IMG/VR virus record: IMGVR_UViG_3300021138_000019
Span: 1 to 64,000 of that record
From: a virus
DNA: 64,000 nt
Direction: 5' to 3' (one strand)
Made by a program: the position numbers and the translations under genes. The notes beneath the pieces were generated by a model that had not been told where the DNA came from, did not search any database, and worked only from the letters and a program-made list of their open reading frames with translations. Each line of letters opens with the position of its first letter. Within the stretch, counting starts at the first letter, position 1. Shown here one piece after another: positions 52,064-58,145 of this stretch.

Positions 52064-52453
52064 ATGCCGGACATGTTTAAGGAGATTATACCCTCCATAC
52101 TCCAAACTAAGAAATGTGTAATAAATGACGAAGTAGACCGTAAGGATTATAAGTCATTTATCATCAACCGTTCCTTGTCTTATCACAGCGATTGTGTATT
52201 GTTTGTCAATGAAATCAACAAGTTCCCTGAACTTGATGTGGATATGCAATACCAGTATCTTCTAAATACCATCAGACCCATGAAACGGAAATTTCAACCG
52301 TGGCAAAAGTCTGATAAAGAAAAGAATATTGATGTAGTGAAAGAGTTCTTTGGCTACTCAAATGCTAAGGCCAAAGAGGCTTTACGTATTCTTACCGATG
52401 AGCAAATCGCTGAAATAAAAATAAGAATAGATAAAGGCGGAATGAAAAAATGA
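52064..52453 (+). CDS. gp62: Clamp loader small subunit gp62
   Basis: Y..FIINR.LSY..D, N.IR..KR, VKE.FGYS..KA.EAL.IL. Confidence 0.92.
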   Translation: MPDMFKEIIPSILQTKKCVINDEVDRKDYKSFIINRSLSYHSDCVLFVNEINKFPELDVDMQYQYLLNTIRPMKRKFQPWQKSDKEKNIDVVKEFFGYSNAKAKEALRILTDEQIAEIKIRIDKGGMKK

Positions 52454-52857
52454 TTAATATTACCGATTTAGTTGAGGTGACTTTGAATGAAAAAGATGAT
52501 TTTCTCAAGGTCAGAGAGACTCTAACTCGTATCGGTGTAGCATCCAAAAAAGACAGAACATTATACCAATCTTGTCATATATTGCACAAGAAAGGTCTTT
52601 ACTACTTAGTGCACTTCAAGGAATTGTTCGCACTTGATGGAAAGCCTACCGATATCACAGAAAACGATTTATCTCGTAGGAACGCCATTGCAAACCTATT
52701 AGAGGATTGGGGTCTGATTAAGATTGTCAAAAAAGAACAAACGGCAACGCCAGAACCAATCTTTTTGTCGCAAGTCAAAATACTATCTCACAAAGAAAAG
52801 AATGATTGGCAATTAGTACCGAAATATAATATCGGTAAAAAACCTCAAAAGGATTGA
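52450..52857 (+). CDS. regA: Translational repressor RegA
   Basis: DFLKVRETLTRIGVAS, LYQSCHILHK, VHFKELFALDG, KYNIG. Confidence 0.96.
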   Translation: MINITDLVEVTLNEKDDFLKVRETLTRIGVASKKDRTLYQSCHILHKKGLYYLVHFKELFALDGKPTDITENDLSRRNAIANLLEDWGLIKIVKKEQTATPEPIFLSQVKILSHKEKNDWQLVPKYNIGKKPQKD

Positions 52858-52864
52858 TTTCTGA

Positions 52865-52872
52865 TATAAATA
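52865..52872 (+). promoter_or_regulatory. Late promoter TATAAATA for hsp20
   Basis: Exact consensus. Confidence 0.7.
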
Positions 52873-52884
52873 CTGATATAATTA

Positions 52885-52946
52885 TTGTGTCGTGCCAATT
52901 TTGGGCGACAATTTTAACAACTCGCTTTTTTAGGAGCAAAAAAATG
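52885..52946 (+). promoter_or_regulatory. ROSE-like RNA thermometer in the hsp20 5' UTR
   Basis: 5' hairpin 52885-52911, then ctcgct-ttttt-aggag, in which UCGCU lies opposite the SD. Confidence 0.55.
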
Positions 52947-53387
52947 ACAAGTATATTAAACACATTGGAAAACTTTCACAAATCTTTCGATCCATTTGCA
53001 ATTGGATTTAATGACATATTTGACCAAATCAAAGTCGCATCAAAATCAATTCCAGGATATCCTCCATACAATATCAAACAAGTTAAAGAAAACAAGTATG
53101 TCATTGAAATGGCAGTCGCTGGTTTTGCTAAAACTGATATAGACGTTTCTCTTGAAGGAAATAAATTAGTAATTAAAGCAAATGCTAAAGAAGATCCGGA
53201 AATGGAAAACTCATACTTGTATAAAGGAATTGCGGCAAGAAACTTTGAACGTCAGTTCACATTAGCAGACAAAGTGGAAATTAAAGATGCGGAATTAGTA
53301 AATGGTATGCTTAAAATATGGCTAGAGAATATGGTTAAAGCACAAGATCTAGTTACGAAAATTTCAGTCAAAACTAAAAATGAATAA
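52944..53387 (+). CDS. Small heat shock protein (Hsp20/IbpA-like)
   Basis: YPPYNI, IEMAVAGF, YKGIA.R.F.R.FTL, A.L.NG.L. Confidence 0.93.
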   Translation: MTSILNTLENFHKSFDPFAIGFNDIFDQIKVASKSIPGYPPYNIKQVKENKYVIEMAVAGFAKTDIDVSLEGNKLVIKANAKEDPEMENSYLYKGIAARNFERQFTLADKVEIKDAELVNGMLKIWLENMVKAQDLVTKISVKTKNE

Positions 53388-53457
53388 TTGGTGGCCAGTA
53401 TCTGATGAAGAGTGGGAACAGCAAAACTATCCCGAACGATTCCGAAATAAAAAATAA
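53380..53457 (+). CDS. Putative 25-aa peptide MNNWWPVSDEEWEQQNYPERFRNKK
   Basis: Overlaps the hsp20 stop; Trp/acidic composition. Below the ORF-track size cutoff. Confidence 0.4.
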   Translation: MNNWWPVSDEEWEQQNYPERFRNKK

Positions 53458-53470
53458 TTTTGGTAAATAA

Positions 53471-53496
53471 CATGGGGGGTCTTAAGACCCCCTATG
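53471..53496 (+). terminator. GC-rich hairpin (terminator or stabiliser)
   Basis: catggggggtc-ttaa-gaccccctatg. Confidence 0.5.
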
Positions 53497-53518
53497 TTGT
53501 TGTAGAATAGTAAATATT

Positions 53519-53722
53519 ATGAAAACTCAAAACCCTAAACTAATTGAATTGCGTTCAAAAACTAATATTTTCCAAATTTATTGGACTTATTCTTCTTGGG
53601 ACGAAAAGGAAATTGATGGAGAAATGTTCACTCCTGTGACTAAATTTATGCCACATCCAGATAAAATTACAGAACTACACTATGTAAAAACAAGTAGTTT
53701 GGAAAGAGTTGTAGAATTTTAA
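53519..53722 (+). CDS. Hypothetical protein
   Basis: 67 aa ORF on the coding strand. Confidence 0.55.
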   Translation: MKTQNPKLIELRSKTNIFQIYWTYSSWDEKEIDGEMFTPVTKFMPHPDKITELHYVKTSSLERVVEF

Positions 53723-53733
53723 AGGAAGAAATA

Positions 53734-54243
53734 ATGCATCTAAAAATCTTAAATTGTCCTGATAGAGAATTTAAACCATTTATAAAAGATGCAGTAAATT
53801 ACTTTGCATCCGAATTAATTACTAATAAAAGAATAAGAAATAATTGTCATCTTACAATAAGATTTGATGCTAAATTAGAAAATTATGGCACTGCTTTTGT
53901 TGAAGAATGCAATAGCAAAAACCAACCAAGAGTATTCAAAATTGAATTGCATCCGGGTATTGGCGTGAGAAATATATTTTCAACATTAGCACATGAAATG
54001 GTACATGTGAAACAATATTTGAATGATGAACTAAATGAGGAAATGACCTTGTGGAAAGGCAAAAAAGTAGATTCTGACAATATGGATTACTGGATACATC
54101 CATGGGAAATCGAGGCCTCTGGTATTGAAGTGGGGTTATTATATAAATATACTGTACAGAATCAATTATGGAATATTTTTGAAGAATTCAAAGATCCTGT
54201 TACTCCTATAGTATCTATACCAATTAAGTGGAAAAAAATATAA
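53734..54243 (+). CDS. Zincin-like metallopeptidase (HExxH)
   Basis: TLAHEMVHVKQY and Y...PWEIEA. Confidence 0.7.
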   Translation: MHLKILNCPDREFKPFIKDAVNYFASELITNKRIRNNCHLTIRFDAKLENYGTAFVEECNSKNQPRVFKIELHPGIGVRNIFSTLAHEMVHVKQYLNDELNEEMTLWKGKKVDSDNMDYWIHPWEIEASGIEVGLLYKYTVQNQLWNIFEEFKDPVTPIVSIPIKWKKI

Positions 54244-54245
54244 AA

Positions 54246-54344
54246 ATGTTTACGAAACCGACATACCATACTAATTGTCGCACAGAGATTTGCGATAATG
54301 AATCATGGGCCTTGCAAAAAAGGGGTTTCTGTATAAGTTTTTAG
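54246..54344 (+). CDS. Putative attenuator leader peptide MFTKPTYHTNCRTEICDNESWALQKRGFCISF
   Basis: ATG 2 nt after the upstream TAA. 32 codons covering 19 of the 20 amino acids. The last codons form the 5' arm of an antiterminator. Confidence 0.7.
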   Translation: MFTKPTYHTNCRTEICDNESWALQKRGFCISF

Positions 54345-54369
54345 TCCAAGAAATTATACACAAACCCCT
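54321..54369 (+). promoter_or_regulatory. Antiterminator hairpin
   Basis: aggggttt-c-tgtataa-g-ttt (54321-40) pairs with aaa-ttataca-c-aaacccct (54351-69), sequestering the terminator 5' arm. Confidence 0.7.
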
Positions 54370-54397
54370 AGCGTAACACCTAGGGGTTTTTTGTTTT
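54362..54397 (+). terminator. Intrinsic terminator (attenuator) upstream of the tRNA array
   Basis: 10-bp stem aaacccctag / ctaggggttt followed by tttgtttt. Confidence 0.85.
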
Positions 54398-54406
54398 CAG
54401 ATATGT

Positions 54407-54482
54407 GTACGTGTGACCCGAAAGGCTAGGGGGCAGATTGCAAATCTGTTTTATGTAGGTTCGATTCCTATCACGTACTCCA
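54407..54482 (+). tRNA. tRNA-Cys(GCA)
   Basis: Acceptor gtacgtg/cacgtac, anticodon arm gcaga-ttGCAaa-tctgt, GTTCGA, encoded CCA. Confidence 0.92.
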
Positions 54483-54514
54483 AAATTATTTTGTTGTAAT
54501 CTTGCAACAAAGTG

Positions 54515-54543
54515 TTGACAAATGATTTTTAGTATGTTATACT
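54515..54543 (+). promoter_or_regulatory. Sigma70-type promoter within the tRNA array
   Basis: TTGACA-N17-TATACT with extended TG, preceded by inverted repeat ttgttgtaa-tc-ttgcaacaa. Confidence 0.75.
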
Positions 54544-54549
54544 AGAGTC

Positions 54550-54561
54550 TGTTCTTTAAAA
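54550..54561 (+). promoter_or_regulatory. boxA-like antitermination element
   Basis: TGTTCTTTAAAA compared with rrn boxA TGCTCTTTAACA, at the predicted transcript start. Confidence 0.5.
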
Positions 54562-54577
54562 ATTTGAAGTAGTTTAT

Positions 54578-54653
54578 GCTCGGTTCATCTAGAGGCCTAG
54601 GATAGTGCCCTTTCACGGCATTCACACCGGTTCGAATCCGGTACCGAGTACCA
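54578..54653 (+). tRNA. tRNA-Glu(TTC)
   Basis: gtgcc-ctTTCac-ggcat, GTTCGAATC, CCA. Confidence 0.93.
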
Positions 54654-54773
54654 TTTGTTTTGCTGATGTAAGCCATGGGGTAAACGTCAACCCTGAGTAA
54701 CTATATTAATAAACGGTAGTGTGGCCACCAATTCCGTTGAGGTATAGCAAATAGTGCGTCAGCAAAACAAATG
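54654..54773 (+). ncRNA. Unknown structured RNA closed by a ~19-bp stem
   Basis: catttgttttgctgatgta (54652-70) pairs with tgcgtcagcaaaacaaatg (54755-73). Internal hairpins present; no ORF. Confidence 0.6.
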
Positions 54774-54778
54774 ATTTT

Positions 54779-54855
54779 GGTCCCATAGTATAGCCTGGTT
54801 ATTACAGCGGCTTGTCACGCCGTCAACAGGGGTTCGAATCCCCTTGGGACCGCCA
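54779..54855 (+). tRNA. tRNA-Asp(GTC)
   Basis: gcggc-ttGTCac-gccgt, GTTCGAATC, GCCA end. Confidence 0.93.
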
Positions 54856-54873
54856 AAAAAGAAGATAGTATAT

Positions 54874-54952
54874 TCCCTGGAATTCGAGCATGGTGCACGG
54901 ACTTGACTGTTAATCAATGATTAGCTGGGATCGTTACCCAGACAGGGAGCCA
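54874..54952 (+). tRNA. tRNA-Asn(GTT), atypical T-loop
   Basis: ttga-ctGTTaa-tcaa, acceptor tccctg/caggga, T-loop reads ATCGTTA. Confidence 0.8.
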
Positions 54953-54957
54953 AATAA

Positions 54958-55036
54958 CTCGGTGTAGGATAGTCTGGTTCATTCCACCTGTTTTGGGAAC
55001 AGGAAATCGCAAGTTCAAATCTTGCCACCGAGACCA
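54958..55036 (+). tRNA. tRNA-Pro(TGG)
   Basis: cctgt-ttTGGga-acagg, GTTCAAATC, ACCA end. Confidence 0.92.
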
Positions 55037-55042
55037 ATTAAT

Positions 55043-55127
55043 GGATGTGCCGCCGTAATGGTATGGCAGGAGATTGTAAATCTTCCGGTTTACACCACAG
55101 TTGGTTCGATCCCAACCACATCCACCA
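55043..55127 (+). tRNA. tRNA-Tyr(GTA)
   Basis: ggaga-ttGTAaa-tcttc, long variable arm, CCA. Confidence 0.9.
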
Positions 55128-55148
55128 TTAACCTTATTAAGGATAATT

Positions 55149-55391
55149 ATGAATTACATAATTACATTTTTAGCAGTATTCATTACAGATATCTTGTATT
55201 GTTTTTTTATAAAAGCAATGAACGAAGATAAAATGTTTCTTGCAAGTATTTGGAGTTGCTTAGTAACATTGGCCGCAAGTGTAGCGGCAATCAATTATAT
55301 TGATGACCATACAATGATAATTGCATCTGTATTAGGTGCGTTTTGCGGCACTTACGTTGCAATGAAGTTGAAAAAGAAATTATTGCCCTAA
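55149..55391 (+). CDS. Small membrane protein (three hydrophobic segments)
   Basis: SD AAGGA, 80 aa, GAFCGTY motif. Its end overlaps the 5' end of tRNA-Thr. Confidence 0.65.
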   Translation: MNYIITFLAVFITDILYCFFIKAMNEDKMFLASIWSCLVTLAASVAAINYIDDHTMIIASVLGAFCGTYVAMKLKKKLLP

Positions 55392-55458
55392 TAGTATAGT
55401 GGTATTACAACGGATTTGTAATCCGTTGACGGGAGTTCGATTCTCTCTTGGGGCACCA
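55385..55458 (+). tRNA. tRNA-Thr(TGT)
   Basis: acgga-ttTGTaa-tccgt, GTTCGATTC, ACCA end. Confidence 0.92.
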
Positions 55459-55523
55459 TATAGAAACACACTCATTAAGGCATCCGGTACGAAAGTAAAT
55501 TTGGCCGAGTGTGTTTCTATATG
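55457..55523 (+). ncRNA. Perfect 17-bp stem-loop RNA attached to the tRNA-Thr 3' end
   Basis: catatagaaacacactc / gagtgtgtttctatatg, with a 33-nt loop containing tac-gaaa-gta. Confidence 0.55.
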
Positions 55524-55528
55524 TAATT

Positions 55529-55602
55529 CTCTCGCAAGTGTTCCGGTAGCACAAGGTTCTCCAAAAGCCTTGGACGGGGTTCGATTCCCTGGCGGGAGGC
55601 CA
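55529..55602 (+). tRNA. tRNA-Trp(CCA)
   Basis: aggtt-ctCCAaa-agcct, GTTCGATTC, GCCA end. Confidence 0.88.
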
Positions 55603-55603
55603 A

Positions 55604-56191
55604 TTATTCTATGAGTCCGGTAATCTGTTGAATAGCTTCAATAGCATCAGACGAATAAAAATAGTCTAATAAATTTTCAGACATAAGATTAAGAATTTCG
55701 ATTCTTCTTTCCATATTCTTTAAGGTATTTTTTAAGTTGTCAATATGGTTCTGTGTGAATTTTTGCAATATATTTTCTTTTTTCCTAGACTTGATTCGCA
55801 CTACAATCATTTCAAATTTTTTGATATCTCTCGTAACATTGCCAATATTGTTATTAACATTTTTTATAGCCTCAATAATATCACCTTTCATCATCATAAT
55901 TAAATCATCATTAATAGGATCCATTTTATTAATAAAATGCATTGTGAGTTGAGCAAGTTCATTAAGAACTTCTGCATTAATATCGTAAGTTTGATTTACT
56001 GTACCAGTGGCATCATAATGGGCACGTTTATCAGGATCACTTAGTGTCTCATACGCCATTTTAATTTTTTTAAATTTCTCTTCTTCACCTCCTTTATCTG
56101 GATGATGTATCTGAGCTAACAAACGATAAGCGTGTTTAATTTCTTCACTTGTTGCATCTGGTGAAATTCCCAGTTGTTTGTATAAATCCAT
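55604..56191 (-). CDS. J-domain (DnaJ-like) protein
   Basis: DLY..LG...A...EIK.AYR.LA...HPDK, followed by a coiled coil. Minus-strand ATAAATA at 56217-23. Confidence 0.85.
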   Translation of the reverse strand: MDLYKQLGISPDATSEEIKHAYRLLAQIHHPDKGGEEEKFKKIKMAYETLSDPDKRAHYDATGTVNQTYDINAEVLNELAQLTMHFINKMDPINDDLIMMMKGDIIEAIKNVNNNIGNVTRDIKKFEMIVVRIKSRKKENILQKFTQNHIDNLKNTLKNMERRIEILNLMSENLLDYFYSSDAIEAIQQITGLIE

Positions 56192-56245
56192 GATGTTTAA
56201 ATAAGTAGTAGTTAGATATTTATTGTTGTTAAAGGAAGATGTTTT

Positions 56246-56722
56246 ATGAGAGATTTTGATATAAAAGTAGTCAAAGATTTTATTTTGGCTCAAGGACCGG
56301 ATACAAAAGTATATCTAGGTGCCGACTCGGAACGTCTTAGAATTAATGGTGTATGGTATGCTGACTATGCACTTGCGGTTGTTGTTCACATTGATGGTTG
56401 CCATGGTTGTAAAATTTTTGGTTTTGTTGACCGTGAATTAGATTACGATCACAAAAAAAGTAAACCAGCAATGCGTTTGATGACAGAAGTATATAAAGTG
56501 TCTGAATTGTTTCAAGAAATGTCGGATGTTCTAGAAGACCGTCACGTTGAAGTACATTTAGATTTAAACAAATCGGATGAATTCGGTTCTTCTTGCGTTG
56601 TGCAACAAGCAATTGGGTACATCAAAGGTACATGTGATATTACTCCGATGGTAAAACCAGATGCACCTGCCGCAAGTTTTTGTGCCGACAGATTAAAAAG
56701 AATCTTGGCCGAACAAATATAA
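56246..56722 (+). CDS. RNase H-like YkuK/DUF458-family protein
   Basis: VYLGADS, RLMTEVY, VEVHLDLN, KPDA.AAS..AD. Confidence 0.7.
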   Translation: MRDFDIKVVKDFILAQGPDTKVYLGADSERLRINGVWYADYALAVVVHIDGCHGCKIFGFVDRELDYDHKKSKPAMRLMTEVYKVSELFQEMSDVLEDRHVEVHLDLNKSDEFGSSCVVQQAIGYIKGTCDITPMVKPDAPAASFCADRLKRILAEQI

Positions 56723-56727
56723 ATAAT

Positions 56728-56804
56728 GGAGACTATAGTGTAACGGTTTAGCACCCGACTCTGTGAAAGTCGTAGAATGGGTTCGTCTCCCATTAGTCTC
56801 CCCA
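56728..56804 (+). tRNA. tRNA-His(GTG)
   Basis: G-1:C73, cgact-ctGTGaa-agtcg, CCA. TATAAATA at 56718-25 just upstream. Confidence 0.92.
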
Positions 56805-56823
56805 AACTTTGTTAAGGAAAATT

Positions 56824-57096
56824 ATGAAAATAGGTGGTATCTATTATGATGTTATTCATAAAACAAATGAAGAACTGAATGGTAATGTTGGTCTTGCAGA
56901 TTTCAATAGACAAGAAATTAGCATTAACACAGAGCATACAATGCAAACTCAAAGGATTGCTTTAATACATGAAGTTTTGCACATTTTGGATAATACCTAT
57001 AATCTTAAGTTAACTGAAGAACAAGTAACTTTTACTGCACACGCATTAGTAAGTTTAATTGAAGATAACAAAGAGTTTTTGAAAAGTTTTTTATAA
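56824..57096 (+). CDS. Small HExxH metalloprotein
   Basis: LIHEVLH and L.EEQV. Confidence 0.55.
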   Translation: MKIGGIYYDVIHKTNEELNGNVGLADFNRQEISINTEHTMQTQRIALIHEVLHILDNTYNLKLTEEQVTFTAHALVSLIEDNKEFLKSFL

Positions 57097-57105
57097 AGGA
57101 ATATT

Positions 57106-57351
57106 ATGTACACACCCCTGCATGACAAGATTATCGTTCAACGACTTGAAAAAGTCAATCAAACTGATTCGGGTATCATACTCAAATCTTCACCAGAACC
57201 AGACAGAGCAAAAGTTATTGCTGTAGGACCTGATGTTGAAGAAGTTGCAATCGGTGAAGAGATTCTAGTAAATTGGAACGGTGCAATCAAAGTCAAAGAT
57301 GACATATACACATTAAAAGTAGAGCATGTTGTTGGTGTTTTCGAATCTTAA
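57106..57351 (+). CDS. groES: Co-chaperonin GroES-like
   Basis: PLHDKIIV, T.SGIIL, VIAVGP.V. Confidence 0.85.
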   Translation: MYTPLHDKIIVQRLEKVNQTDSGIILKSSPEPDRAKVIAVGPDVEEVAIGEEILVNWNGAIKVKDDIYTLKVEHVVGVFES

Positions 57352-57379
57352 TAAATATCAATTTAACTGTTAAAACATC

Positions 57380-57925
57380 ATGTCACATAGAGAACAACGA
57401 GATTTTATTACCAGACTCAAAGAAAAATTCCCAAATAATTTCAAAAACATTAAAATGCTTGAAATCGGTAGTCTAGATATAAATGGATCTATTAGAGATT
57501 ATTTTGAAAACTGCAACTATATTGGTTATGATGTTGGTGAAGGAAAACTCGTTGATGTTGTTTATGACGGTATCACATTCAGGGCAGAAGATATAGAATT
57601 TGATACTACCGGAAGTTGTAATTGTTTTGAGCATAATCCTAATTGGGTATCTAATTTTAAAGATATGCACAGAATATTAAAATCTGGTGGCTTGCATTTT
57701 ATATCTGTACCGACAACAGGATGCCCTGAACATGGTACGGAAAAACAAAACTCTAGTGATAGTCCTTTGACAATTGTAAAAGGTGAAGGATGGAAAGATT
57801 ATTATAAGAATCTAACGGAAGAAGACTTCAGAGAAAACTTTAATTTAGGTGAAATGTTTAGTGAATATAAATTTGAAGTAAACAATGAGGTTCACGATTT
57901 ATATTTTTTCGGTATTAAAAAATAA
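57380..57925 (+). CDS. Class I SAM-dependent methyltransferase
   Basis: LEIGSLDING, FEH.P, ILK.GG. Confidence 0.8.
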   Translation: MSHREQRDFITRLKEKFPNNFKNIKMLEIGSLDINGSIRDYFENCNYIGYDVGEGKLVDVVYDGITFRAEDIEFDTTGSCNCFEHNPNWVSNFKDMHRILKSGGLHFISVPTTGCPEHGTEKQNSSDSPLTIVKGEGWKDYYKNLTEEDFRENFNLGEMFSEYKFEVNNEVHDLYFFGIKK

Positions 57926-57999
57926 GCGGGATTAGTTAAATGGTAGAACGGGACCTTGCCAAGGTTCGGACACGAGTTCGATTCTCGTATCCCGCTCCA
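57926..57999 (+). tRNA. tRNA-Gly(GCC)
   Basis: ggacc-ttGCCaa-ggttc, acceptor gcggga/tcccgc, TCCA end. Confidence 0.92.
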
Positions 58000-58043
58000 A
58001 ATTTTCATAAAAGTTTCATAGTGAAAACGACTATATAGTATAT

Positions 58044-58117
58044 AGCGGGTTAGTAAAACAGAATTACGGAGGACTCATAATCCTCAGTTCCTGGTGCGAC
58101 TCCGGGACCCGCATCCA
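58044..58117 (+). tRNA. tRNA-Met(CAT), initiator-like
   Basis: gagga-ctCATaa-tcctc, A1:A72 mismatch, T-loop TGCGACT. Confidence 0.8.
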
Positions 58118-58145
58118 AACTACTTTAAATTTAGGTGAACAATTA

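Noticed and set aside
24305-52857. Stop-codon reassignment
   Set aside because: Core genes translate full-length in the standard code, TAG and TGA end genes at the expected positions, and no suppressor tRNA was seen.
54654-54773. Hammerhead ribozyme
   Set aside because: CTGAGTAA and GCAAA only loosely resemble the CUGANGA / GAAA core, and the required stems are not in the right register.
55022-55614. ORFs 55022..55231 and 55399..55614 as proteins
   Set aside because: They run through clear tRNA genes (Tyr, Thr, Trp) and are most likely spurious translations.
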